A stretch of DNA of 64,000 nucleotides from an uncultured Candidatus Saccharibacteria bacterium (lineage in GTDB: Bacteria > Patescibacteriota > Saccharimonadia > Saccharimonadales > Saccharimonadaceae), in the NCBI GenBank assembly GCA_946997535.1, contig CAMPVQ010000001.1, positions 53,131 through 117,130 of the forward strand, read 5' to 3'. A program made the translations under genes and the position numbers. Below, in pieces: positions 42,232-52,374 of this stretch (position 1 is the stretch's first letter; each line of letters begins with the position of its first letter). The notes under the pieces were generated by a model. It made no database searches, was not told where the DNA came from, and saw nothing but the letters and a program-made list of their open reading frames with translations.

Positions 42232-42798
42232 TTATGAATTTAATAGTTTTAGCTGACGTGCTAAATTATTAAAATCACTGAACAGCGTCTGGCGCAGTGA
42301 ACCGTTATACAAAGCAGCAGCGGGGTGATATAGTGGCATTACCTTCCATTTATCATACATAAACGACTGACCGTGTGCTTTAGATATACTAGCATCTGGC
42401 AAAAAATACGTCATCGCGTGCCGCCCCATTGGCGCGATCACCTCAGGGTTAACAATTTCCAACTCCCGCAACAAATATGGCCAGAATTCCGCCTTCTCGC
42501 ACGGCAATGGGTCGCGATTCTCTGGTGGACGGTACTTTACAATATTTGTAATATAAATATCATCTCGCACTAGCCCGCTGTCAGCTAACATTTTATCTAG
42601 TAGCTTACCGGCAGCACCGATAAACGGGCGCCCCTCTCGATCTTCATGTGCGCCAGGAGCCTCGCCAATTAGCACTAACTTAGCGTTTGAGTTGCCATAA
42701 CCCATTACTAGTTGGGTAGCCTGAGTAGCCAAATCGTGACACACATCCCGACTTACTATTTCCTGCGCCAGTTTCGCCAATTCGCTAGATTTATTCAT
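42232..42798 (-). CDS. udg: Uracil-DNA glycosylase, family 4
   Basis: GEAPGAHEDREGRPFIGAAGKLL motif together with HPAAAL. Confidence 0.85.
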   Translation of the reverse strand: MNKSSELAKLAQEIVSRDVCHDLATQATQLVMGYGNSNAKLVLIGEAPGAHEDREGRPFIGAAGKLLDKMLADSGLVRDDIYITNIVKYRPPENRDPLPCEKAEFWPYLLRELEIVNPEVIAPMGRHAMTYFLPDASISKAHGQSFMYDKWKVMPLYHPAAALYNGSLRQTLFSDFNNLARQLKLLNS

Positions 42799-43935
42799 TT
42801 AGTGGCCAGCTTTATCTTCCAGATAGCCGGATAAGTCGCGTAACGCCTTACTAAAATCGGTACGGTGCTTCACTAGCTTCTCAATCATACCCCGCTTCTG
42901 TAAGTCAAATTTTTTCATATTATTGTCCGCAACGTTCATTGCATCAGCCGCATCTGGCGCTTTCGCAAAGCGTTTCTTCGCTGCGCTAGCTACATCTTTA
43001 TACGCCTGAGCAGCTTGGTTGAACGCTAAGTCAACGTCATGGTCGGAGGTATTAAAGCCTGAAAACTTATTGGCAATTGTATCCGTGTCGTTATTAAGCT
43101 TATTAATAACCTTATCATCAGCCGCTGGCTGTGCTATTGTGGCATTAAACGAACGAATATTTGATAATACCGGCGATAGCGCGTCATATACATTTGATAT
43201 CACGCTTAGATCTTGGTCGAATGCTTGATATTTACTAACTATATCCGTCAGCTGCTTGTTGGCATTAGCATCCTTCTTAATTGCCAAGCTACCTTGTGCC
43301 GATACCACAGCCGTATTTAATGAATTACGAAAAGTTGTTAACTCATTGCGTGACTGCGTAAATTGTTCGTCTGTAATATTTTTTTGGAACTCATTAAAGC
43401 CCTTTAAAATACTCGCTGGGTCCGTACTATTGATTACACTAGAAATAGATTCAATAGATTGCGCCGACTCATTATAAGACTTATTGCTTGGACGCATCAG
43501 CGGCGGCACCACAATAACTGCAAAAATCACCAAAATTAAGGCAAATGTAATTAAACCACCAATCAATAGATTGCGCACCGACAACTGTGGGTCGTTCTTT
43601 TTTGTTGTATTAGTATTATCTTGTTGATTATAAGTACCGTACACATCATTATAGAGTGGCGCATTTGGCATTACGTTCGGCTGGCCAGCCTGTGGTACAC
43701 CATACTGCGGCATGCCATACTGCATATTTTGCTGATAATACTGCGGCATCGCTTGAGGCGGCGTATTTGCACCATAACTTGAGAGTGGCACGCCCGATTG
43801 TTGTTGCCCCATGCTATTAGCCTGCTGCGGCGGCAATTGTCCAGTCACAATGCCGTTAGAGGGAAACATGGAATTAGAAACCACATTGTTAACTTGATTC
43901 GGTTGACTAGTCTGATTTGGTTGATTGTTTCGCAT
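42799..43935 (-). CDS. Hypothetical bitopic membrane protein with a Q/N/P/Y-rich low-complexity N-terminus
   Basis: About 120 aa prion-like N-terminus, one TM helix and a helical extracellular domain. Its stop abuts the udg start codon. Confidence 0.5.
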   Translation of the reverse strand: MRNNQPNQTSQPNQVNNVVSNSMFPSNGIVTGQLPPQQANSMGQQQSGVPLSSYGANTPPQAMPQYYQQNMQYGMPQYGVPQAGQPNVMPNAPLYNDVYGTYNQQDNTNTTKKNDPQLSVRNLLIGGLITFALILVIFAVIVVPPLMRPSNKSYNESAQSIESISSVINSTDPASILKGFNEFQKNITDEQFTQSRNELTTFRNSLNTAVVSAQGSLAIKKDANANKQLTDIVSKYQAFDQDLSVISNVYDALSPVLSNIRSFNATIAQPAADDKVINKLNNDTDTIANKFSGFNTSDHDVDLAFNQAAQAYKDVASAAKKRFAKAPDAADAMNVADNNMKKFDLQKRGMIEKLVKHRTDFSKALRDLSGYLEDKAGH

Positions 43936-44025
43936 TACCTACCCCGCAATTAATTATCTTTAATATAACTCAAAATAAATTTACGCCTATGTTTATTTTA
44001 TCACACTCTTTACAATATTCGTATC

Positions 44026-44697
44026 CTACTTTTTGGCTAAGGAGCTAGCAATCACGCTTTTTACTCGCTCGGTCAACTCCTGTGGCGTCTCATTGTCTTT
44101 TGGCTTTATCATCGGCAAAAAATTAACTTCAACCGGCGGCTTACCTTTATGCCACCGCTTACTATTATACGGCCACGCCTGAAATGCGCCACTGATGGCA
44201 ATTGGCAAGATTTTTACGTTGGTATCCAATGCGATACGCGCAAGGCCGGTATGGAATTTTCCTAGATTACCAGAACGAGTCCTGGTTCCCTCAGGAAATA
44301 CCAAAATTGAAATCTTTTCATCAATTAACCGACGCGATACCCCTTGGTGTCGTCCCGATTTATCGCGGTCGATTGGATAGGTGTTTAGCAGAATGCGCGT
44401 TGGCTTACTCTGCAACCAATTACGAAAGAAGTTGTCTGTCGCCGCACCGACCGCAGTACGTGCTGCAATTTGATGCGGCAAACTACCAATAATCAACAGT
44501 GCATCAAGGTGCGACTGATGATTTGACATCATAATCACTGGGTCACTAAACTGCTTTAAATGGCTAGCACCTTTTACTGTTACCGTAAAATTACGGCGCA
44601 AAAATGGTCTCAACAATACTGCCTGAACACCACGACGGAGCCAATACAATACCTTTGAATGATAACGATTTAATCGCTTTGCTGAACTATCAACCAT
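44026..44697 (-). CDS. Lysophospholipid acyltransferase (PlsC family), second copy
   Basis: HX4D motif NHQSHLD and FPEGTRTRSG. Confidence 0.75.
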   Translation of the reverse strand: MVDSSAKRLNRYHSKVLYWLRRGVQAVLLRPFLRRNFTVTVKGASHLKQFSDPVIMMSNHQSHLDALLIIGSLPHQIAARTAVGAATDNFFRNWLQSKPTRILLNTYPIDRDKSGRHQGVSRRLIDEKISILVFPEGTRTRSGNLGKFHTGLARIALDTNVKILPIAISGAFQAWPYNSKRWHKGKPPVEVNFLPMIKPKDNETPQELTERVKSVIASSLAKK

Positions 44698-45472
44698 GAT
44701 AATTTTTCGTTTTCATATACCTACGCGTTACACTATAGCGAAGTGCTACTGGCCCATGTTGTAAGAACCAAATTGCCAAACGCCAGCGATGGGTTGGAAT
44801 AATCCAACTCTTACCACGCTTAGCAGCTTTGATAGCTTCACGAACTACCTCAGGCGGCTTCACGTAAACCCACTCTGGGATTGACGGCTCAGGCAATCCT
44901 AATGCAGCATGAAAATTAGTATGCATCCAAGCTGGACAAACTGCCGTAGCCGTTACGCCGCTACCCTTTAGAGCCAACGCCAAACTACGCGTATAAGTTA
45001 ACACATATCCCTTAATAGCTGAGTAATTACCCTGCAGAGTCCACGCAGCGGTTGATGACACATTAATAATATGGCCATAGCCTTGCTGTTTCATCACACG
45101 CACCGCTGCCAGACTAAACCGCATCAAGTTAGTTGCCATTACATCCATTGCACAGCATTGCTTTGCAATAGTATCGTCTGAAGCGTCATCAACTGGTGCG
45201 TGCAAACCAAAGCCCACGTTATTTACCATATAAGCCAAATCCGAAGTGCCAATAATTTGTTTAAACACCTCATCCGCGGATTTTTTATCCGCTAAATCCA
45301 TCGCTAAAGTCTTAACTTTAATATGATATTGCTGTTTTAATTCTTTGCTAACTGTTTGCAAACCAGCATTATCTCGTGCAACCAAGCATAAATCGCACCC
45401 AGAAGCAGCAAGCTGGCGGGCAAATTCCAAGCCCATACCAGAACTGCCGCCAGTAATTACTGCCCAAGCCAT
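44690..45472 (-). CDS. Short-chain dehydrogenase/reductase (SDR)
   Basis: TGGSSGMG Rossmann motif and a YxxxK catalytic motif. Confidence 0.8.
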   Translation of the reverse strand: MAWAVITGGSSGMGLEFARQLAASGCDLCLVARDNAGLQTVSKELKQQYHIKVKTLAMDLADKKSADEVFKQIIGTSDLAYMVNNVGFGLHAPVDDASDDTIAKQCCAMDVMATNLMRFSLAAVRVMKQQGYGHIINVSSTAAWTLQGNYSAIKGYVLTYTRSLALALKGSGVTATAVCPAWMHTNFHAALGLPEPSIPEWVYVKPPEVVREAIKAAKRGKSWIIPTHRWRLAIWFLQHGPVALRYSVTRRYMKTKNYHG

Positions 45473-45476
45473 CTAA

Positions 45477-47600
45477 TTACTCCTGTGGTATTCCTAACAT
45501 TGTGAGGCTAAGCCGACCTTTGTCGTCAATCGCCACTAATTTAACGTTAACCTTATCACCTACATTCAATACTTCTGACGGGTCTTTAATTCTTCGGTCA
45601 ACAATCTTACTGACATGCAGCATGCCGTCAATTCCTGGCAAAATAGTCACAAAAGCGCCAAAATCTTTAATTGTTGCTACCGTACCACGATATACATGGC
45701 CAACTTCTGGCTCTTCTGTCAGACTACGTACCCAATCCATTGCACGCTGCATAGCTTCGCTATCGTTAGATGCAAACGTAATTAAACCGTCCTCGGCAAT
45801 GTTAACATCCACACCAGTCTCAGTCGTAATTTTATTAATTGTTTCGCCACCTTTACCAATAACTGCACCGATTTTATCTGGATTAATCATCAGCTTCTCA
45901 ATTCGTGGCGCGTATGGCGACAAGCTCTCACGTGGTGCCGGCAAAGTAGCCAACATATTAGCAAGAATTTCCGCACGAGCCGACTTAGCGCGCATCAAAG
46001 CTTCACGCAATATCTCAGTCGTGAGACCGTGCACCTTAATATCCATCTGCAAAGCAGTAACACCTTCGCTCGTACCAGTACACTTAAAGTCCATATCGCC
46101 TGCGAAATCCTCTTGGTCGGCCATATCAGTCAAAATGTAGTGTTGGTCGCCATCAGTCATCAGGCCCATTGCAACACCTGACACCGGTCGCTTAATTGGC
46201 ACACCAGCGTCCATCAAAGCCAAACAAGATGAACAAGTTGCCGCCATCGAAGTTGAGCCATTTTGTGACATAATCTCTGTTACTGAACGAATCGCATACG
46301 GAAATTCCTCTTCACTCGGCAAAACTGGCAATAATGCACGCTCCGCAAGGTAACCGTGACCGATTTCCCGACGACCCGGCGTGCCTATTCGCTTAATTTC
46401 ACCTACCGTATAGCCTGGCGCATTGTAATGATGAATGTAACGACGCGTACCATCAGTGACCTCCATGGTATCGACTAACTGCGCAAAGGACAGTGGCGCT
46501 AAGGTTACAATATTCATCGCCTGAGTTAAACCGCGCGTAAACAATGACGAACCGTGCACTCGTGGCAAGACAGCCACCTCTGAAGTTAGCGGGCGAATCT
46601 CCGTCAAAGCACGACCATCTGGGCGTACTCCTTGTTCAACAATATATTTACGGACATCTTTTTTAATCGCTGTATTAAACGCCTCAAGATATTCTGGCGC
46701 CAGCTCAGCCCACTCGTCTTCACTGTGTTCGGCTGCAAAATGCGCCTCAAATTCATCTTTGATTGCCTTGACCTTCTCGTTGCGCTGTGGATATGGCATA
46801 TGGAGATTGTCACCAAGCTTATCGCCTAAATAGGCATCGACTTCAGCTTGAATAGCTTCATCTGGCTTCTCTAGTTCATACGGCAACTCAGCTGGTGCAA
46901 CTTTTGCCTTGAGCTCTTCCTGAAGCTGCAAGGCCGGCTGGATATTCTCCTCTGCCCAAGCAAAGGCATCCACCAAAGTGTCTTCCGACACTTCCTTGGC
47001 ACCTGCTTCTACCATCATAATGCCATGTTTACCGCCAGCGACAAACAAATCGAGCTTGCCAGCAGCTAGTTCATCGCGACTCATAAAGGCTTTGAATTCA
47101 CCATCTTCTGTGAGACCAATACGCAAACCAGCCACCGGACCATCAAATGGGGCACCGGTCAGCATCAAAGCCGTTGAAGCCGCCAACATCGCAATAGCAT
47201 CCGGACGGAAATTCGGATCCATCGACAACACAGTCGATACCACTTGACATTCATTTTTATACCCCTTTGGAAATAGTGGTCGAATTGGGCGGTCGATTAG
47301 GCGCCCTACCAGAACAGCCTCGTCCGATGGTTTGCCTTCGCGCTTAATAAAGCGCGAGCTGCTCATTTTACCGGCCGCATAATACTTTTCCTCATAGTCA
47401 ATTGACAATGGGAAGTAGTCTAAATCTTGATTTACCTCGCCCACTTGAGCCAAACCAAGCACCGTGGTATCGCCATAACGTACCAACACCGAAGCTTGTG
47501 TACGGAAGCAGACCTTATTTACCTCCATTGTTAGTTCTCGCCCAAGCCAGTTGGTCGAGACCTTGATTAATTCTTTACCTGTTTGAATGACTTTAGTCAT
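45477..47600 (-). CDS. pnp: Polyribonucleotide nucleotidyltransferase
   Basis: Two RNase PH domains plus KH and S1 domains; 707 aa. Confidence 0.95.
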   Translation of the reverse strand: MTKVIQTGKELIKVSTNWLGRELTMEVNKVCFRTQASVLVRYGDTTVLGLAQVGEVNQDLDYFPLSIDYEEKYYAAGKMSSSRFIKREGKPSDEAVLVGRLIDRPIRPLFPKGYKNECQVVSTVLSMDPNFRPDAIAMLAASTALMLTGAPFDGPVAGLRIGLTEDGEFKAFMSRDELAAGKLDLFVAGGKHGIMMVEAGAKEVSEDTLVDAFAWAEENIQPALQLQEELKAKVAPAELPYELEKPDEAIQAEVDAYLGDKLGDNLHMPYPQRNEKVKAIKDEFEAHFAAEHSEDEWAELAPEYLEAFNTAIKKDVRKYIVEQGVRPDGRALTEIRPLTSEVAVLPRVHGSSLFTRGLTQAMNIVTLAPLSFAQLVDTMEVTDGTRRYIHHYNAPGYTVGEIKRIGTPGRREIGHGYLAERALLPVLPSEEEFPYAIRSVTEIMSQNGSTSMAATCSSCLALMDAGVPIKRPVSGVAMGLMTDGDQHYILTDMADQEDFAGDMDFKCTGTSEGVTALQMDIKVHGLTTEILREALMRAKSARAEILANMLATLPAPRESLSPYAPRIEKLMINPDKIGAVIGKGGETINKITTETGVDVNIAEDGLITFASNDSEAMQRAMDWVRSLTEEPEVGHVYRGTVATIKDFGAFVTILPGIDGMLHVSKIVDRRIKDPSEVLNVGDKVNVKLVAIDDKGRLSLTMLGIPQE

Positions 47601-47706
47601 AGTTTCCCTTTCTGTGTCAGTAGCGCAAGCTGACCAGCTAGCTTAACTAAGCAGCTTTCACTGCCGACACTTTATTACACTACCATTATAACAGATAAAT
47701 CATCTT

Positions 47707-47737
47707 CTAAAAACAAAAGACCCCGCGAAAGCGGGGT
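47707..47737 (-). terminator. rpsO terminator / pnp leader hairpin
   Basis: accccgc-gaaa-gcggggt followed by CTTTTGTTTTTAG on the minus strand. Confidence 0.7.
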
Positions 47738-47754
47738 GCTTTATGCTTATGTAA

Positions 47755-48021
47755 TTATTTACGTAGCCCTAGAGCTTCGATTGTACTCTTATATAGAGCG
47801 TAATCATTCTTCTCTAGACCGCGCAACAACTTCTTGCGGCGACCAACTAATTGGATTAAGCCACGACGAGTCATAAAATCATGCTTATTAGCCTTCATAT
47901 GCTCAGTCAAGCCATTAATGCGCTTAGTTAGAATTGCCACCTGTGAAGCTGAAGAACCAGTGTCACCATCGTGCAACTGAGTCAACTTAATAGCAGCTAG
48001 CTTTTCCTCTTTAGTAATCAT
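47755..48021 (-). CDS. rpsO: 30S ribosomal protein S15
   Basis: GDTGSSASQVAILTKRINGLTEHMKANKHDF... The start is MITKEEK, giving 88 aa; the longer track ORF is unlikely. Confidence 0.9.
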   Translation of the reverse strand: MITKEEKLAAIKLTQLHDGDTGSSASQVAILTKRINGLTEHMKANKHDFMTRRGLIQLVGRRKKLLRGLEKNDYALYKSTIEALGLRK

Positions 48022-48061
48022 ATGTCCCATATTACCATAGATTTTAAATCTATGCAAATAT

Positions 48062-51000
48062 TTAGTGCTTCGCCGCCTTAGCTAGACTCACCTTAAAGGC
48101 AACACTGTTAGCTTTAGCGTCGGTGCTATAGCCATCAACTGGCTGTTCGCTCCAGCTAGTTGCCAAGGTTTCCTTCTGAATCGCCGCTTGCCATTCCGTA
48201 AGAGCCTGCGCTAACTCGCTATCTTTAGTCGTAACATTAAGTGTAATACGGTCATCTACATTAAGGCCTGCGTCCTTACGCGCCTTTTGCACAACACGAA
48301 TCACCTCGCGACTTAGTCCTTCGCGCTTCAGCTCTGGGGTTAGTTCCTTACTAATTTCCACCCAAGCCTGACGTGAATCTGGGTCGTCTATCTTAACTGG
48401 CACAGCGCAAGCATCGCTAGTGTAATCACGCAAATCCTCAATCCAATTAATACGCTTTACATTCAGCTCATCGCGCATAATCTGCTCATAATACAAATCC
48501 AAACGCTTACCTGAGTAACTAGCGAAAGCTAATGGCTGACGAATCTTCACCTGAACTTCACTCGTTGTATCATTTTTACGCATTCTTAGCGCCAAGCACT
48601 GATTAATTAAATTACGCGTGCGCGCCATATCCGCCAGCACCTTATCATCTACTGGGTTATTGTGTGGCCAATCTAGCAAATGCACAGACTCACCGCCAGT
48701 AAGCTTCTGATATAATTCATCTGCCAAGAATGGCACAAATGGCGCCAATACCATACTGAGCCGCACCAAGACATAGTGGATTGTTTGGTAAGCCTGATTC
48801 TTATCAGTATCATCCTCACTCTTCCAGAAGCGACGGCGCGAACGACGCACATACCAGTTCGAGGCATCATCAAGGAATGGCATCACCGCGCTCAATGCGT
48901 CTGGTATGTTATAACCATTCATAAACTCCTCAATATGAGCGCTCAATTCATGCACACGCGACACAATCCAACGGTCAAGTGGATTCTGCAAAGCAGCTAA
49001 ATCAATTTCTGGCACCGCGCCACCGTTATACTCCCAGCCATCAACTGAAGCGTAAGTCGTAAAGAAATCGTACATATTCCAAACCATAGCCAACTTGCGC
49101 GCTACATCCGAGACATCCTTATCAAGCAAGGCAAAATCTTCGCCGTTTAATAGCGGTGAACTCAAGAGTAAGAAACGTAATGAATCTGCGCTATACTGGT
49201 CCATCAACACGTTAGGGTCGGTATAATTACCGAGACTCTTACTCATCTTGCGTCCATCGTTACCGGCCACAACACCGGTGGTAATGACATTCTTGTAAGC
49301 GTTTTTATGGTCACTCTGCTGGCGTTCCTTACCGAACGCACCAATTTCCGCCAATGTAGTGTTGACTACGTGAACATAGTAGAACCACGCGCGCACCTGA
49401 CCAATATATTCAACGATAAAATCGGCCGGATAATTGCGCTCAAATTTGTCTTTATTCTCAAATGGATAGTGTAGCTGAGCAAATGGCATCGAACCAGATT
49501 CAAACCAGCAGTCTAACACCTTGTCAATACGAGTAAACACTTCACCGTCATGCATTCCGTAGGCCTGACGCGTTTTTTCATCCAACTTATCAGCATAAAT
49601 CCTTATCTGATCAATCCACGGGCGGTGATAATCCTTCAGACGCTTACCACTAAGATTGTATAGCTCATCATATGAGCCAACCACAATCACGGTACCTTGG
49701 TCACCCTTCCAAACTGGCATAGCCGAGGCCCAGAAACGGTCGCGACTCAGGTTCCAATCTGGTGCCTGTTCGATATTCTTCATAAAACGGCCGTGCTTGA
49801 GGTGAGCAGGGAACCAATTGATGTTCTCATTCTGCTCAAACAAAACCGGCTTTGAACCTTGCACGTCAAAGAACCATGACGGTATCGCGCGATACATAAT
49901 ACGCTGCTTTGAACGCGGGTTAAACGGGTATTCGTGCTGAATGTAGCGAATCTGCCAAATTACGCCCTTCTCAGCTAAATCTTTGGCCACAAATTTATTG
50001 TTCGACCAGACTTCCCGACCTTTATAATTGGTATCCATGTAATAGCCGTTGTCGTCAATCACATGGAAGGCTTTAATGCCCAGACCCTGCGCTAATTTAA
50101 AGTCGTCTTCACCGTAAGCCGGCGCAATATGCACGATACCAGTACCTGAGTCGGACGAGACAAAGTCGGCAGCGTAAATCTGGTGCACCTTCGGGTCATC
50201 CGGCCAAGTCGAACCAGTGTCAAGTGGCTGATACTTCAAACCAACTAGCTTATCGCCCGTGAATTCCTGTGCCACGGTATAAGCAAGTGGCTGGTGCTTT
50301 TCATCTTGGAAAGTTTGTTCTAGACAAGACTTCGCCACTACAAAATGCTCATCGCCACAGTTAACTAAACAATAAGTCATCTCCGGGTTAACTGCCAGCA
50401 TTAGGTTGGCTGGTAAGGTCCATGGCGTAGTAGTCCATGCTAGAATCGCTGTATCATCTGGCAATCCTGCCTTACTAGCTTCGCCAGCACGCAATTTAAA
50501 TCGTACAAAGGCACTCGGGTCGGTTACCGTCTGATAGGCGTCGTTGTCCATCGTCACCTCAGCCTTCGAAACTGGAGTAGCAAAGCGTGTATCATACATT
50601 AATACCTTTTCGCCCTCGTAAATCTTGCCGGCCTGATAAAGCTGTTTAAATGCCCACCACACGCTCTCCATGTAATCATGGTTCATCGTGCGGTATGCGC
50701 CCTTAAAGTCTACCCAACGACCAACACGGTCAATCACGCCTTCCCAAGTTTCACTATTGGCAATCATTGAATCGCGTGCTGTCTCAATATACTTCTCTAA
50801 CGTAATAGTTGGCAACGTATTCCCATCGCGGTCAAGTGGTGGTTTTTGATTTGGATCGGCAATAATTTGCCGTCGGTCAGTAATACCCAACTGCTTTTCT
50901 ACAAAATTCTCCGCTGGCAGACCATGACAATCCCAGCCCCAACGACGCTCAACGCGTTTACCTTGCATTGTCCAGTAACGCGGCACAGCATCCTTAATAA

Positions 51001-51217
51001 TCGAACTCAGCAACGTACCATGATGTGGCACACCTGTAATAAATGGTGGGCCATCATAAAATACATATGAGTTCGCCGGATCTCGTAGCTCAACGGACTT
51101 ATGAAATGTGTCGTTGCGCTTCCACTGCTCAACTAGAGCCTTTTCGTATTCATGCGCGCGGCGCCGCATACCGGATTTAAATTTCATATCACAATTATAG
51201 CACAGCAAACGCGCCAC
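48062..51217 (-). CDS. ileS: Isoleucine--tRNA ligase
   Basis: HIGH-region PFITGVPHHGTL, WDCHGLP and KMSKS motif KMSKSLGN; 1051 aa. The start may be M11. Confidence 0.93.
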   Translation of the reverse strand: MARLLCYNCDMKFKSGMRRRAHEYEKALVEQWKRNDTFHKSVELRDPANSYVFYDGPPFITGVPHHGTLLSSIIKDAVPRYWTMQGKRVERRWGWDCHGLPAENFVEKQLGITDRRQIIADPNQKPPLDRDGNTLPTITLEKYIETARDSMIANSETWEGVIDRVGRWVDFKGAYRTMNHDYMESVWWAFKQLYQAGKIYEGEKVLMYDTRFATPVSKAEVTMDNDAYQTVTDPSAFVRFKLRAGEASKAGLPDDTAILAWTTTPWTLPANLMLAVNPEMTYCLVNCGDEHFVVAKSCLEQTFQDEKHQPLAYTVAQEFTGDKLVGLKYQPLDTGSTWPDDPKVHQIYAADFVSSDSGTGIVHIAPAYGEDDFKLAQGLGIKAFHVIDDNGYYMDTNYKGREVWSNNKFVAKDLAEKGVIWQIRYIQHEYPFNPRSKQRIMYRAIPSWFFDVQGSKPVLFEQNENINWFPAHLKHGRFMKNIEQAPDWNLSRDRFWASAMPVWKGDQGTVIVVGSYDELYNLSGKRLKDYHRPWIDQIRIYADKLDEKTRQAYGMHDGEVFTRIDKVLDCWFESGSMPFAQLHYPFENKDKFERNYPADFIVEYIGQVRAWFYYVHVVNTTLAEIGAFGKERQQSDHKNAYKNVITTGVVAGNDGRKMSKSLGNYTDPNVLMDQYSADSLRFLLLSSPLLNGEDFALLDKDVSDVARKLAMVWNMYDFFTTYASVDGWEYNGGAVPEIDLAALQNPLDRWIVSRVHELSAHIEEFMNGYNIPDALSAVMPFLDDASNWYVRRSRRRFWKSEDDTDKNQAYQTIHYVLVRLSMVLAPFVPFLADELYQKLTGGESVHLLDWPHNNPVDDKVLADMARTRNLINQCLALRMRKNDTTSEVQVKIRQPLAFASYSGKRLDLYYEQIMRDELNVKRINWIEDLRDYTSDACAVPVKIDDPDSRQAWVEISKELTPELKREGLSREVIRVVQKARKDAGLNVDDRITLNVTTKDSELAQALTEWQAAIQKETLATSWSEQPVDGYSTDAKANSVAFKVSLAKAAKH

Positions 51218-51226
51218 TAAACCAAA

Positions 51227-52315
51227 TTAACTAATTTCGCGCAACTCTTGCAGCAACTCTTTTTGCTTGCGTGATAAATGTGTTGGCGTAACAACATTAA
51301 TGGTGACAATTTGCGGTCCACGCGTCTTACCGCCGCGATGCGGCACACCATGACCAGATAGCTTAAAATCAGTACCTGACTGCGTGCCAGCTGGCACTTT
51401 CATCATCAACGGACCATCAATCGTTTCTACCCCAATATCGCACCCCAAGGCAGCATCCGCCATCGAAACCGATTCCTCGCTCAATATTAGCTCGCCTTCG
51501 CGCGTAAACTTCTTATGCGGTTTAACATGAATATCAATGTACAAATCTCCATGTGGCGCATTAAATGCTGCCTCGCCACGGCCGCGTACGCAAATCGTTG
51601 AGCCTTCATCAACGCCAGCCGGTATCTTCACTTCCAAACTATTCTTCTGGCGTATTACGCCCTTACCAGCACAAGCCGAACACGGTCGTTCCGGACACTC
51701 GCCGCGACCGTCACAATGACTACATGGCACCGCTTGCTGCATCACGCCAATAAACGACTTAATTGTCCGCACTTCTTGGCCTGAACCGTGACAGTACTCG
51801 CATTGCACCAACTTCGAGCCTGGCGCTACTGCCGTACCGTGACAAACTGGGCAATCGTCTAAAATGTTTAGCTCTATCGTCTTTTCTGTGCCAAACACGG
51901 CTTCTTCGAATGTCAACGTTATGGACGCGCTAACATCACGACCGCGATATGACTGACGCGACTGTCCACCTCCACCAAACATTGAACCAAACAAGTCGTT
52001 TAGGTCAGTAAAATCACCTCCGCCAAAGTCAAAGTGAACATTTTGCCCACTAAATCCTTGGAATGGATTACCACCGCTAGCACCACCATTGACGCCAGCA
52101 TGACCAAACTGATCATACCGTTGGCGCTTGGCGTCATCCTTCAATACCTCATAGGCCTCGTTTGCTTCCTTAAATTTCGCCTCCGCCTCCTTGTCGCCAG
52201 GGTTGCGGTCTGGGTGATATTTAATTGCTAATTTACGAAACGCCTTTTTAATTTCATCAGCAGAGGCTGATTTGCTCACACCTAATACATCATAATAATC
52301 TCGTTTTTCAGCCAT
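51227..52315 (-). CDS. dnaJ: Chaperone DnaJ
   Basis: J-domain with HPD, G/F-rich linker and four CxxCxGxG zinc-finger repeats. Confidence 0.93.
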   Translation of the reverse strand: MAEKRDYYDVLGVSKSASADEIKKAFRKLAIKYHPDRNPGDKEAEAKFKEANEAYEVLKDDAKRQRYDQFGHAGVNGGASGGNPFQGFSGQNVHFDFGGGDFTDLNDLFGSMFGGGGQSRQSYRGRDVSASITLTFEEAVFGTEKTIELNILDDCPVCHGTAVAPGSKLVQCEYCHGSGQEVRTIKSFIGVMQQAVPCSHCDGRGECPERPCSACAGKGVIRQKNSLEVKIPAGVDEGSTICVRGRGEAAFNAPHGDLYIDIHVKPHKKFTREGELILSEESVSMADAALGCDIGVETIDGPLMMKVPAGTQSGTDFKLSGHGVPHRGGKTRGPQIVTINVVTPTHLSRKQKELLQELREIS

Positions 52316-52324
52316 ATGCCTCCA

Positions 52325-52352
52325 TTATATACAATTAGCACCCTAATCGACT
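52325..52352. promoter_or_regulatory. CIRCE-like inverted repeat / intercistronic hairpin between dnaK and dnaJ
   Basis: TTAGCACCCT-aatcgact-AGGGCGCTAA. The half-sites resemble the CIRCE TTAGCAC core, and a 10-bp RNA stem can form. Confidence 0.4.
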
Positions 52353-52374
52353 AGGGCGCTAATTGCAGTTTTAA

